Assembly: GCA_021767705.1 (NCBI GenBank)
Contig: JAASSU010000002.1
Coordinates: 1 to 63,107, forward strand
Direction of reading: 5' to 3'
Origin: Bacteroidota bacterium
GTDB taxonomy: Bacteria > Bacteroidota > Bacteroidia > Bacteroidales > JAIPAH01
Length of the DNA stretch: 63,107 nt
Each line of letters starts with the position of its first letter. The stretch's first letter is position 1. Made by a program: the position numbers and the translations under genes. Under the pieces are notes generated by a model, which saw only the letters and a list, made by a program, of their open reading frames with translations, was not told where the DNA came from and did not search any database. Positions 46,267 to 56,414 of this stretch are shown one piece after another.

Positions 46267-47769
46267 ATGCGAGCATATAGAAGTTTATTTTTGATTGCTG
46301 TACTTGCACTCCTTTTCGCTTCATGTAACAACAAAGACGTTTCCCGCACCACAGGGTGGGAATACAACAGTGCCGAAAACGGAGGATTTACTAAAGTTGA
46401 TTACAAGGAGCAGACCACAGGGCCCGGCCTTGTGCTGATTCAGGGAGGTACTTTTGTTATGGGTGCCACCTTGCCCGACCCCCTCAGGAGTTATGACAAC
46501 GAGCCAAGAAGGGTGACCGTACAGACTTTCTACATGGACCAGACCGAGGTTAGAAACATCGATTACGTGGAATACCTTTACTGGTTAAGCCGTGTGTTTG
46601 GCACCGATGATCCTCTTTATCAAGAAGCTCTCCCAGACACCATGGTTTGGCGCGACCGCCTTGCATATAACGAGCCGCTCTCTGACCTTTATCTTCGCCA
46701 CCCTGCATTCCAAAACTATCCTGTTGTGGGGGTTTCTTGGGTTCAGGCCAACGACTACTGCGTGTGGAGAAGCGACCGCGTAAATGAAGGGATATTGGTG
46801 GAAAAGGGATTACTGGAATGGAACCTTGAAGAGGCCGCTCCCGACCAGGGCAAGTATCCTTTCTCAACAGAAGCATATCTTTCAGGAGCATACAAAGACA
46901 TGGTAAACTCAGGCTTGCCTAACCTTAATCCGAATGCCGGTGAAGGGGAGCAAACAAGAAATGTAAGGATGGAAGACGGTATTCTTCTTCCTAACTACCG
47001 CCTGCCCACCGAAGCCGAATGGGAATACGCCGCGTTAGCTCAAATCGGAAATACGGTTGAGGAGCGCGTTTATCAACGGAAGTTTTATCCATGGAATGGA
47101 AATTTTGTAAGAAACGATGACAAAAGATATTATGGTGCGATGATGGCAAACTTCAAGCGTTCAAGAGGTGACTACGCCGGTGTGGCTAACAACCTTAACG
47201 ATGGTGCCGTCATCACTGAAGAAGTTGGATCGTACTGGCCAAATGACTTCGGATTGTACAACATGGCAGGAAACGTAGCCGAGTGGGTGCGCGATGTTTA
47301 TCGCCCGCTTTCCCACCAGGACGTGTCAGACCTGCAGCCTTTCAGGGGTAATGTATTCACTGAAACAGTCATTGATCCAAACACTAACAAGCCTGAGCTC
47401 GACAGAATGGGGCACTACAAAGAAGAGCCCATCGAGAACGTTCAGCGCAGCAATTATCAGCAAGCTGACAACATCAACTACAAAGATGGTGATGCAGGCT
47501 CGCTGAGCAGTTTCTCTTTTATCGACGAACAAGGACAACCTCAAAATGGTAAAGGTCAAGGGAACACATCTTCAACTGAGGTAATGTATAAGGATAACCG
47601 TTCGCTGATTTCTGATAAAACCAGGGTTTATAAGGGTGGATCATGGAAAGACCCCGCTTTCTACCTGAACCCCAGCGTCAGAAGATACCACAAGGAATCA
47701 ATGGCAACCGACTACATTGGTTTCCGCTGCGCTATGACGCGCGTTGGCGGTGCCGTTCCGCGTAAATAA
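46267..47769 (+). CDS. gldJ: Gliding motility lipoprotein GldJ (FGE-sulfatase/SUMF1 fold)
   Basis: Lipobox LLFASC. TGWEYNSAENGGF...GPGLVLIQGGTFVMG...ALPDTMVWRDRLAYNEP...YLRHPAFQNYPVVGVSW is collinear with F. johnsoniae GldJ. Confidence 0.9.
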   Translation: MRAYRSLFLIAVLALLFASCNNKDVSRTTGWEYNSAENGGFTKVDYKEQTTGPGLVLIQGGTFVMGATLPDPLRSYDNEPRRVTVQTFYMDQTEVRNIDYVEYLYWLSRVFGTDDPLYQEALPDTMVWRDRLAYNEPLSDLYLRHPAFQNYPVVGVSWVQANDYCVWRSDRVNEGILVEKGLLEWNLEEAAPDQGKYPFSTEAYLSGAYKDMVNSGLPNLNPNAGEGEQTRNVRMEDGILLPNYRLPTEAEWEYAALAQIGNTVEERVYQRKFYPWNGNFVRNDDKRYYGAMMANFKRSRGDYAGVANNLNDGAVITEEVGSYWPNDFGLYNMAGNVAEWVRDVYRPLSHQDVSDLQPFRGNVFTETVIDPNTNKPELDRMGHYKEEPIENVQRSNYQQADNINYKDGDAGSLSSFSFIDEQGQPQNGKGQGNTSSTEVMYKDNRSLISDKTRVYKGGSWKDPAFYLNPSVRRYHKESMATDYIGFRCAMTRVGGAVPRK

Positions 47770-47787
47770 ACCTATGAAGACATATAC

Positions 47788-47825
47788 AAAACTGCATTCC
47801 GTTTGCCGGTTTGCAGTTTTTTTTA
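47788..47825 (+). terminator. Rho-independent terminator after gldJ
   Basis: AAAACTGCA (47788-47796) pairs with TGCAGTTTT (47812-47820), followed by a T-run. Confidence 0.7.
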
Positions 47826-47929
47826 TTTTTACTAACTATTTTTCCGATAAAATAACAGGCAATACCGGCCGATGAGTTACTTCATCCGCACTGTTTTTAA
47901 TCCGGGTATTGTCAAAAATCCTGAAACCA

Positions 47930-49231
47930 ATGAAAGTTGAAGAACTGTATCAACTTTTCCTGAAGCACAGAAAAATCACCACAGACTCCCGGCATGTAGA
48001 AAAGGATTCGCTTTTCTTTGCTCTCTCGGGTGAAAACTTCGACGGAAATGCATTTGCGGATGATGCTCTGAGCAAAGGGGCTGCATACGCAGTAATTGAT
48101 AATTCAGATTACAAAAAGGATGAGCGATACATCGTGGTCAGCAACAGTCTGAAATCGCTACAGGCTTTGGCGAAATATCACCGCGAACAACTCGACATCC
48201 CGGTATTAGGTATTACGGGCAGCAACGGAAAAACCACTACCAAAGAACTTGTGATGGCTGTGCTTAAATCGAAGTACAGGATTTATGGTACGCAAGGGAA
48301 TCTGAATAACCACATCGGCGTGCCGCTTACTTTACTCAACATCTCTGACAAGGATGAAATTGCTGTGGTGGAAATGGGTGCCAATCACTTGGGTGAGATT
48401 GGTTTTCTCTGCGAAATAGCCCAACCCGGATATGGTATCATCACCAATGTAGGGAAAGCTCACCTCGAAGGGTTTGGCTCTTACGAAGGCGTGAAAAAGA
48501 CAAAGAAGCAGCTTTACGACTTTGTGGCTAAAGTAGAAGGGAAAATCATACTCAACGGCGAAGATGTAAACCTGGTGATGATGGCCGGGGATATCAGCCG
48601 CATTACCTATGGTTTTCTAAACCCAAAAGTTCATATCCAGGTGAAGGATATCAAACTGAACCCCTTTTTGCAATTGATTTGGTCTCCTGTCAATAGCGAA
48701 AAAGAATACCAGGTGAATACACACCTTCCCGGAAAATTTCACTGGTCTAATGTGATGAATGCTGTATCAGCAGGACTTCTTTTTGGAGTGGAGCCCAAAC
48801 TCATCAACCAGGCTGTAGCGTCTTACATCCCCTCAAATAACAGATCGCAATTTGTTGAAACCAGCGACAACCTTTTATTTTTGGATGCTTACAATGCCAA
48901 CCCCAGCAGCATGCAGGCAGCTATGGAATATTTTTTTGAAATAGATAAACCCAATAAAATAATGATTGTTGGCGAGATGCTTGAGCTGGGAGAATCATCC
49001 CGCGAAGAGCACCAAAGATTATTATCCTTACTCAAAGAAAACCAAAACCTGCTGGATGATGTCTTGCTGGTGGGGATGTCATTCGAGGGACTGGATCACC
49101 CGCAATTCAAGCATTTTTCAACGACGGAAAAACTTATGGAATACATCAGGCAAAACAAACCAAAAAACAAAACCATATTTTTAAAAGGCTCGCGCGGTAA
49201 TCGGCTAGAATCGTTGACAAAGTATCTTTAA
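47930..49231 (+). CDS. murF: UDP-N-acetylmuramoyl-tripeptide--D-alanyl-D-alanine ligase
   Basis: TDSRHVEKDSLFFAL, GITGSNGKTTTKE and DAYNANPSSM motifs. I prefer the ATG at 47930 to the TTG at 47909. Confidence 0.9.
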   Translation: MKVEELYQLFLKHRKITTDSRHVEKDSLFFALSGENFDGNAFADDALSKGAAYAVIDNSDYKKDERYIVVSNSLKSLQALAKYHREQLDIPVLGITGSNGKTTTKELVMAVLKSKYRIYGTQGNLNNHIGVPLTLLNISDKDEIAVVEMGANHLGEIGFLCEIAQPGYGIITNVGKAHLEGFGSYEGVKKTKKQLYDFVAKVEGKIILNGEDVNLVMMAGDISRITYGFLNPKVHIQVKDIKLNPFLQLIWSPVNSEKEYQVNTHLPGKFHWSNVMNAVSAGLLFGVEPKLINQAVASYIPSNNRSQFVETSDNLLFLDAYNANPSSMQAAMEYFFEIDKPNKIMIVGEMLELGESSREEHQRLLSLLKENQNLLDDVLLVGMSFEGLDHPQFKHFSTTEKLMEYIRQNKPKNKTIFLKGSRGNRLESLTKYL

Positions 49232-50295
49232 TGATGAAAAAGTATCGTGTCATCGGGCTGATGTCAGGAACTTCGCTTGACGGTTTGGATATTGCCTTTT
49301 GCGAATTCTCTGAAAAGAAAGGCCAATGGAAGTACAGGATTCTGCATGCTACCACTTTCAATTATCCCGCCGAATGGAAGCAAAGGTTATCCGACGCCAT
49401 GAAAGCAGATGCGCTTACCCTGGCCGAGCTCGACAAAGACCTCGGGTTATTGATCGGGGAAGTGCTTAAAATATTCATTAAAAAAATCAACCAAAGCCCT
49501 GATTTTATTGCTTCGCACGGACATACGATATTCCACAACCCCGCATCATTTTACACCACCCAAATCGGGAATGGCGAATGTATTGCTGCAAGGCTTGGCA
49601 TCCCTGTAATCAACGATTTCAGAAGTATCGACGTGGCCAAAGGCGGACAAGGGGCTCCCTTGGTGCCTATTGGCGATAAGCTGCTGTTTTCCGGTTTTGA
49701 TTTCTGCCTGAACCTCGGGGGTATCGCAAATATTTCCTTCGACACCGCTGAGTTTAGGAGAGTGGCTTTTGATATTGCCCCATGTAACATGGCGTTGAAC
49801 TATCTTGCTGCAAAGCAGGAACTGGAATTTGATGAGGAGGGAGAAATTGCGGCCTCCGGAGAAATCAACCTCGAGCTACTCGAAAAGCTTAACGGACTGG
49901 AATATTACTGGCAAACAGGAAACAAAAGCCTGGGGCGTGAGTGGTTCGAAAAACACTTTTTGCCACTCATCGAGGGCGCCGCAATCAGCAACCGCGACAA
50001 AATGGCTACAGTAACAGAGCACATCGCTCTTCAAATAGCAAAAGTTACAGCCAAAAACCCGAGGAAAAATATCCTCATAACAGGAGGTGGAGCGTATAAC
50101 ACCTACCTGATTGAACGCATCAGGGAGTCTGTTTATGAAGAGGTGATCATTCCCGGAAAACAGCTTATAGACTTCAAGGAAGCCCTCATCTTTGCTTTTC
50201 TGGGAGTATTGAGAACCCGCGGGGAAACAAACATACTTTCTTCGGTAACCGGAGCAAAATCAGACAGTTGTGCCGGAAAAATTATTCTACCTTGA
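49231..50295 (+). CDS. anmK: Anhydro-N-acetylmuramic acid kinase
   Basis: GLMSGTSLDGLDIA N-terminal motif; 354 aa. Its start overlaps the murF stop (TAATG). Confidence 0.9.
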   Translation: MMKKYRVIGLMSGTSLDGLDIAFCEFSEKKGQWKYRILHATTFNYPAEWKQRLSDAMKADALTLAELDKDLGLLIGEVLKIFIKKINQSPDFIASHGHTIFHNPASFYTTQIGNGECIAARLGIPVINDFRSIDVAKGGQGAPLVPIGDKLLFSGFDFCLNLGGIANISFDTAEFRRVAFDIAPCNMALNYLAAKQELEFDEEGEIAASGEINLELLEKLNGLEYYWQTGNKSLGREWFEKHFLPLIEGAAISNRDKMATVTEHIALQIAKVTAKNPRKNILITGGGAYNTYLIERIRESVYEEVIIPGKQLIDFKEALIFAFLGVLRTRGETNILSSVTGAKSDSCAGKIILP

Positions 50296-50453
50296 TAAAG
50301 ATGATGAATTTTCGATATTTATCGATTTTATTCCTTCATTATTATATCTTTTAGATTATTCAGGTTATTTTCGCACGTGAAATTGATTGCGTAAAATATT
50401 CAACTCATTTTTGAGTTATAGAAGGTGAAAAGAAATACATAAAAGGCTTTTAA

Positions 50454-51155
50454 ATGATAAATACAATATTGTTACAGGCCGGTCAGGCCGCCACAGATGC
50501 AGCAGCCCAAGCCGCTGAAAGTCAACAGGAAATCAGTCTATCAATATGGGAGCTAACCCTCAAAGGGGGATGGATTATGGTGCCTTTGGCACTTTTGTCA
50601 GTGATAGCAATTTACATATTTGTGGAGCGTTTTCTGATTATCACCCGGGCAACAAAAACGGAAGCCAATTTCATGAATAACATCCGTGATTTTATTCATG
50701 AAGGGAAAATCGACTCTGCTGTGGCACTGTGCAAGAGCACCCAGGGGCCGCTGGCGCGGATGATTGAGAAAGGCGTTTCGCGCATCGGCAAACCACTCAA
50801 CGATATTAATGCGGCTATTGAAAACGTTGGAAAGCTGGAGGTGTCGAAGCTCGAAAAAAATATCGCTACCCTCGCCACTGTAGCCGGAGCAGCTCCTATG
50901 ATTGGTTTCTTAGGTACTGTGATGGGGATGGTGAAAGCCTTCTACGACATGGCTATGGCCGGAAATAATATTGATATCGCACTGCTCTCCACAGGTATCT
51001 ACCAGGCGATGATAACAACCATTGCCGGGTTGATTGTGGGTATCATTGCGTACATTTGTTATAACATTCTGGTTGCGCGTATCGAAAAAGTCATCTTCCT
51101 GCTCGAAGCCCGTGCAACAGAATTTATGGATGTGTTGAACGAACCGGCAAAATAA
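50454..51155 (+). CDS. exbB: MotA/TolQ/ExbB proton-channel protein
   Basis: 233 aa with three TM helices and a conserved C-terminal region (APMIGFLGTVMGM..., TTIAGLIVGI). Confidence 0.88.
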   Translation: MINTILLQAGQAATDAAAQAAESQQEISLSIWELTLKGGWIMVPLALLSVIAIYIFVERFLIITRATKTEANFMNNIRDFIHEGKIDSAVALCKSTQGPLARMIEKGVSRIGKPLNDINAAIENVGKLEVSKLEKNIATLATVAGAAPMIGFLGTVMGMVKAFYDMAMAGNNIDIALLSTGIYQAMITTIAGLIVGIIAYICYNILVARIEKVIFLLEARATEFMDVLNEPAK

Positions 51156-51161
51156 AGCAGT

Positions 51162-51575
51162 ATGGCGATTAAAATCAGAAACCGAATAAAAGCCGACTTT
51201 AATACCTCGTCGATGTCTGACCTGGTATTTTTGCTGTTGATTTTTTTCATGCTGACCTCAACATTGGTCAGCCCGAATGCCATCAAGCTTCTTCTGCCCA
51301 GCAGCGACAGCAAAACAATGGCTAAGCAAACCGTAACAGTGTATATCGACGACCGCAATAACTTTTTCATTGGTGAAAAACAGGTGAGCGGGAGCAGCCT
51401 CGAAGAACAGCTCAGCGACAAACTGGCTATGCAAACCCAGGGGGTGGTTGTGTTAAGGTCCGATAAAAGTGTTGCAGTACAATATGTGGTAGATGTTATT
51501 GATGCCGTAAATACCATCAATGATAAAAACAAGACCAAGCACAAGGTTATTTTGGCCACCAAACCAAAAAAATAA
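51162..51575 (+). CDS. exbD: Biopolymer transporter ExbD/TolR
   Basis: 137 aa with the N-terminal motif MSDLVFLLLIFFM and a periplasmic domain. It starts 6 nt after exbB. Confidence 0.88.
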   Translation: MAIKIRNRIKADFNTSSMSDLVFLLLIFFMLTSTLVSPNAIKLLLPSSDSKTMAKQTVTVYIDDRNNFFIGEKQVSGSSLEEQLSDKLAMQTQGVVVLRSDKSVAVQYVVDVIDAVNTINDKNKTKHKVILATKPKK

Positions 51576-51580
51576 AGGAT

Positions 51581-52429
51581 TTGAAACTGGATAAAGACAG
51601 AATATCAGCACTTACCGGCACGCTCATTTTTCATGGAGTGCTTATCCTGCTGTTGTTCATCCTGGCACTGCGAACACCGCTGCCTTTGCCGGGAGAGGAA
51701 GGTGTTGTGGTTAATATAGGTTATGCCGATCAGGGCCAGGGTGAAGTTCAGAAAGAACAACCTGTTCAGAAAGAAGAAGCGGCACCGCCACCCACACAGC
51801 CTGAGCAGTCGCAGCCTCAGGCCGAGGAAGAAATGCTGACGCAGGATACGGATGAAGCACCGGCTCTCGAAGATGTGGACGAAGAAAAGTCAGAAGAAAA
51901 AAAAGAGGAGAAAGACAAGAAAGAGCCGGAACCGGATAAGCCTGAAGAAACCAAAGAAACAGAAAAGAAACCTGAAGAAACCGAACCTGACAAGCCAGAG
52001 AAGCCAAAGGTCAATCCGAAAGCCCTTTACAAGGGTAAAAAAGAATCGAAGGAAAGCCAGGATGAAGGCACAACCGGAGAACCCGGCGACGAAGGTTCGA
52101 TTTTCGGAGATCAGGAGAGCGACAACCATGAAGGAGAAGGGGGTGCGGGCAACGGCATCTCTTTCAGCCTGTCGGGAAGAAAATCAAAACACCTCCCCAA
52201 GCCTGCCTACGACTCTAAAGACCAGGGGAAAGTAGTGGTAACCATTTACGTGGACAGGATTGGTAATGTAATCAGGGCTGTTGCAGGAGCAAAAGGAACC
52301 ACGGTTACCGACAGCCGTCTTCACGAAAGGGCCAAAAATGCTGCCGAAAGAGCCAAGTTCAGTAAAAATATGGACGCTCCCGAAGTGCAAAAAGGAACCA
52401 TTACTTACAACTTTATCAGGATGAATTAA
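51581..52429 (+). CDS. tonB: TonB-family energy transducer
   Basis: TTG start, one TM helix, a long P/E/K-rich linker, and a C-terminal TonB fold (GKVVVTIYVDRIGNV...GTITYNF). Confidence 0.8.
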   Translation: MKLDKDRISALTGTLIFHGVLILLLFILALRTPLPLPGEEGVVVNIGYADQGQGEVQKEQPVQKEEAAPPPTQPEQSQPQAEEEMLTQDTDEAPALEDVDEEKSEEKKEEKDKKEPEPDKPEETKETEKKPEETEPDKPEKPKVNPKALYKGKKESKESQDEGTTGEPGDEGSIFGDQESDNHEGEGGAGNGISFSLSGRKSKHLPKPAYDSKDQGKVVVTIYVDRIGNVIRAVAGAKGTTVTDSRLHERAKNAAERAKFSKNMDAPEVQKGTITYNFIRMN

Positions 52430-52680
52430 GTTCTTGTTTTAAACCCTGATTAGTGAGGCTCCTTTCTGAACACATAAAAAACTTTCCAAAACACACATTT
52501 ACGGACTTTTACGTATGTCTGCTGATAAGTAAAGTCCTATCTTGCCAACGTTTAGATGCCTGGATGACAGATTTGCCGGAAGTATGATTCCATGTATCTC
52601 ATAATCATGCTTTTATGATAGAATCGGGGCACGCATTTATGAAAGAATGAAAAAATCAATTATTGTTAAAAAATAAACAG

Positions 52681-54696
52681 ATGAAAAACAAATTTACTCT
52701 AATCGCATTATTATTAGCTATGACAACATCATTGTATGCGCAAAATAAAGCGATCGATCCTGTAAACCTGGATCAAAAAGTCGATCCCGGAAAAAACTTC
52801 TATTTATATGCCAACGGTGGTTGGCTCGAAAACAATCCAATTCCGGATGACAAAAGCCGCTTCGGAAGTTTTGATTTGCTGGCCGACTCGGCCCGCAAAC
52901 AGGTGAGGGAACTCATCAAAAAAACAGCCGGAAAAGACCACAAGCAAGGCACGGTGGCTCAAAAAATTGGCGATTTCTATTCCAGCGGAATGGATATTGA
53001 AGCACGCAACAAAAATGGATTAAAACCACTGAAAGATGAGCTAAAAGCTATTGAAAAAGCCGGCGATAACCAGGAAATCATGAAGGTGATTACTGACATG
53101 CAGAAAAATGGCCTGTACCCGCTTTTCACACTCTATGGCACAGCCGATGCCAAAAACAGCGAGATGGTCCGCACTCACCTTTTCCAGGGAGGACTGGGGC
53201 TTCCTAACCGCGATTACTACACAGACACCGACGAAAGAACAAAAGAAATTCGCAAAAAATATGTGGAGCACATCTCTAAAATGTTCCGGCTAACCGGCGA
53301 AAAGGAGGCTGATGCCGATAAAATTGCTCAGAAGATCCTTGGGTTGGAAACCCGTTTGGCCAAAGCCTCTATGACACCGCTGGAGTTAAGGGATCCGCAT
53401 AAGCGCTATAACAAAATGGATCTGGCAAAACTCCGGGAAACTTCTCCTGAAATTGACTGGAAAGCTTATTTCGAAACCCTCGGTCTTGGAGATCCGGAGG
53501 TTATCATCGTAGGTCAGCCGGATTTCTTTGCAGAAATCAGCACAATGATGAAGGAAGTACCTGCTTCAGAATGGAAAAACTACCTGAAATGGGATTTGCT
53601 TAACAGTTGCGCCTCCTACCTTAGCGAAGATTTTGAAGAGCAAAACTTTGCTTTTTACGGCAAGACCCTTACTGGAAAGCAGAAAAACCAGCCATTATGG
53701 AAGCGTGTGCAGGGCACTACCAGCGGAGCTATGAGCGAAGCCCTCGGCAAACTTTACGTCCAGGAATATTTCCCAAAAGAAGCTAAAGAGCGCATGCTTG
53801 AGCTGGTGAACAACCTGAAAGTAGCCCTCGGCGAACGCATTGATAATGCTGATTGGATGAGTGATGAGACCAAGAAGAAAGCACACGAGAAGCTGAGCAC
53901 CATGAACGTAAAAATTGGTTATCCCGATAAATGGCGTGATTACAGCAACCTCGAAATCAAAAAACAAGCTTATGTTGAAAACGTCATGTCGGCCAGAGCA
54001 TTTAACCGCCAGTTCAACCTGCAAAAAATCAATAAACCTGTAGACAAGGCCGAATGGCACATGCCGCCGCAAATGGTGAACGCCTACTACAGCCCCAGCA
54101 TGAACGAAATCGTCTTCCCTGCGGCTATCCTGCAGCCTCCGTTTTTCTTTATGGATGCAGATGACGCCGTAAACTACGGTGCCATTGGTGTGGTGATTGG
54201 TCATGAAATGACGCATGGCTTCGACGATAAAGGCCGTCAGTATGATAAAGATGGAAACCTCCAGGACTGGTGGACGAAGGAAGATGCAGAGAAATTCGAC
54301 ACACGTGCCCAGGTGCTGGTTAAGCAGTTTAACGAGTTTATTGTGTTAGACACGATGCATGCCGATGGACAGCTCAGCCTGGGTGAAAACATCGCCGACC
54401 TTGGTGGATTGAACATTGCCCTCACTGCTTTCAATAAAACTGAGCAATCGAAAAGCAATGAAGAGATAGCCGGGTTCACTCCATTGCAGCGCTTCTTCCT
54501 GGCTTATGCCCACATCTGGGCGCAGAATATCCGCGACAAAGAGATTGTAAAACGTACACGCGAAGACGTTCACTCCTTAGGGAAATTCCGCGTAATCGGG
54601 CCTTTAAGAAATATGCCTGAATTCCACGCCGCTTTCAATATCACAGAAGAAGATTACATGTATCTTCCTGAAGATAAGCGAGCCATGATTTGGTAA
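52681..54696 (+). CDS. M13-family zinc metallopeptidase (PepO / endothelin-converting-enzyme-like)
   Basis: Signal peptide; HEMTHGFD (HExxH) and ENIADLGG motifs; NAYY; C-terminal W. I chose the start at the ATG at 52681. Confidence 0.92.
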   Translation: MKNKFTLIALLLAMTTSLYAQNKAIDPVNLDQKVDPGKNFYLYANGGWLENNPIPDDKSRFGSFDLLADSARKQVRELIKKTAGKDHKQGTVAQKIGDFYSSGMDIEARNKNGLKPLKDELKAIEKAGDNQEIMKVITDMQKNGLYPLFTLYGTADAKNSEMVRTHLFQGGLGLPNRDYYTDTDERTKEIRKKYVEHISKMFRLTGEKEADADKIAQKILGLETRLAKASMTPLELRDPHKRYNKMDLAKLRETSPEIDWKAYFETLGLGDPEVIIVGQPDFFAEISTMMKEVPASEWKNYLKWDLLNSCASYLSEDFEEQNFAFYGKTLTGKQKNQPLWKRVQGTTSGAMSEALGKLYVQEYFPKEAKERMLELVNNLKVALGERIDNADWMSDETKKKAHEKLSTMNVKIGYPDKWRDYSNLEIKKQAYVENVMSARAFNRQFNLQKINKPVDKAEWHMPPQMVNAYYSPSMNEIVFPAAILQPPFFFMDADDAVNYGAIGVVIGHEMTHGFDDKGRQYDKDGNLQDWWTKEDAEKFDTRAQVLVKQFNEFIVLDTMHADGQLSLGENIADLGGLNIALTAFNKTEQSKSNEEIAGFTPLQRFFLAYAHIWAQNIRDKEIVKRTREDVHSLGKFRVIGPLRNMPEFHAAFNITEEDYMYLPEDKRAMIW

Positions 54697-54718
54697 TTCA
54701 CTTTATCCTAAAGAGATG

Positions 54719-54752
54719 CGGGCCTTGGTTTAAAAACCGGGGCCCGTTTTTT
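54719..54752 (+). terminator. Rho-independent terminator after the M13 peptidase gene
   Basis: CGGGCC (54719-54724) pairs with GGCCCG (54741-54746), with additional inner pairs, followed by TTTTTT. Confidence 0.65.
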
Positions 54753-54833
54753 ATTCATATTTTGCCTGATTTAAAAATAGTTCAGTTAAACCTTTTCCTT
54801 TAACTTTACCTTTGCTAAGCTACCTGAAAAGTG

Positions 54834-56309
54834 ATGAAAAAACTGAAGATTGTATCCGTATTCGAGAAGCAAAAAAAAGCGATTGCTTTTTCAATCGTGC
54901 TCCTCATGGCTGTTGCTTCGCTGTTTATTCATCAAAGAAATACACACGACTGGGGAGGTGACTTCGGAATGTATTTGCAACAGGCCGAAAACATCGCCAC
55001 AGGGCAGGATATCAGCACAAGCTATTATCTTTTTAATCCAGACTATGCCGTTTTAGGGCCACGCCACTACCCCGCCGGTTTTCCCGTGTTGCTCTCTCCG
55101 CTCTTCGTTTCAGAAAATCCCGATATAGAGCAGGTTCTTTTTCTGATGGCGATATTTATGGCCTTGTACGGCTTTGCCAGCTTTCTCTTTTTCAGGAAAA
55201 AAACCTCCGAAATTGTTGCTGTTGGATTGGCTTTTGTACTACTATTCAATCATTGGCTTTTGCAGATAAAAACTCAAATACTCGCTGATCTTCCCTTTGC
55301 ACTTTTCTTCGTACTCTCCATTTATTTTTTGCAACAGAAAAAGCGACTTCTCATTCCGGCAATCCTCACAATCTCTTTCGCCATCCTGATTAAAAGTGCC
55401 GGATGGATCATTCCGGTGGCTTTGCTGATTGAAACGGCTTTGAACTTCATCAGGAAAAGGGCATTCTCATGGAAAGATGAAAAAGGAAACCTCATCATAA
55501 TAGCTTCGGTAGCAGCACTCCTCCTGACTATCAACAAGCTTATTCTTCAAATTCCCGGCGGCACTTCTCTTTATGCCAATCATTTTTCGATAAGTAACCT
55601 TTGGGGCAACATCAACACCAGTGCCGAATACCTGTTGAAGGTGACTGCACAGTTCATGAATCCCTACAATGAGAATTTTACTGCTGTAACGTTTATCCTT
55701 AAAACACTTTTTATTGCTTTCATGCTTCTTGGTATGTTCCGCAGGATACCGAACCGGGTCAAGACTTTTGATATTATCACTTTCGCTTATCTGCTCCTCT
55801 TACTGATTTACCCCTATCATGCAGCGGGCATCCGTTTTTTGTTGCCGGTACTGCCTGTTTTACTCTACTATGCTGTAGAAGGAATAAGGATGCTTTCGCT
55901 GGAAACCAAAACGAAAAAAGCCATGGGAATCGGGGTTTTCTTAGTCATCGCTTTGCTTTACCTCGGGCCGGCAATCCGCATGGAGCAGCGCGAAAGTCAG
56001 GTGAAGGACGGGCCCTACACCAAAGAATCCAAGGACCTTTTTAATTTTATTGAAAGAAATACCCTTCCGGGGGATGTTTTTGCATTTGCCAAACCACGCG
56101 TCCTCGGATATTTCACCAAGCGGCATTCTTTCGCTCCCAACCCAAAAAGTAATCCTGAGAAAGTCAGTCTTCTGATAAATAAAAACTCTACGGACTACAT
56201 TCTCATTTACAAAACCCTACAACAACCGGCTCTTGAAACCTATGTGCATCAGCAACAGCTAAAACCGGTCTATAAGAAAAACGGATTTGAACTTTATCAA
56301 ATCGAGTAG
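54834..56309 (+). CDS. Polytopic membrane protein, possible GT-C-type (ArnT/PMT-like) glycosyltransferase
   Basis: About 490 aa with at least 10 hydrophobic helices and a soluble C-terminal domain of about 110 aa. The family call is by architecture only. Confidence 0.5.
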   Translation: MKKLKIVSVFEKQKKAIAFSIVLLMAVASLFIHQRNTHDWGGDFGMYLQQAENIATGQDISTSYYLFNPDYAVLGPRHYPAGFPVLLSPLFVSENPDIEQVLFLMAIFMALYGFASFLFFRKKTSEIVAVGLAFVLLFNHWLLQIKTQILADLPFALFFVLSIYFLQQKKRLLIPAILTISFAILIKSAGWIIPVALLIETALNFIRKRAFSWKDEKGNLIIIASVAALLLTINKLILQIPGGTSLYANHFSISNLWGNINTSAEYLLKVTAQFMNPYNENFTAVTFILKTLFIAFMLLGMFRRIPNRVKTFDIITFAYLLLLLIYPYHAAGIRFLLPVLPVLLYYAVEGIRMLSLETKTKKAMGIGVFLVIALLYLGPAIRMEQRESQVKDGPYTKESKDLFNFIERNTLPGDVFAFAKPRVLGYFTKRHSFAPNPKSNPEKVSLLINKNSTDYILIYKTLQQPALETYVHQQQLKPVYKKNGFELYQIE

Positions 56310-56414
56310 ACGTTTCATGGATATTCCTGTTTTCATTATTTTATGGATGCAAAATCACTTTTCTATTCCATTTTTAATTTCAGAATTAAGACCTTTGCCG
56401 GATATTTACAAGCT

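Noticed and set aside
51711-52235. Four overlapping ORFs on both strands (51711-52007, 51817-52014, 51852-52235, 51890-52129)
   Set aside because: They are generated by the low-complexity P/E/K-rich linker of tonB (GAA/AAA/GAG repeats). Only the TonB frame has a TM anchor and a C-terminal TonB fold.
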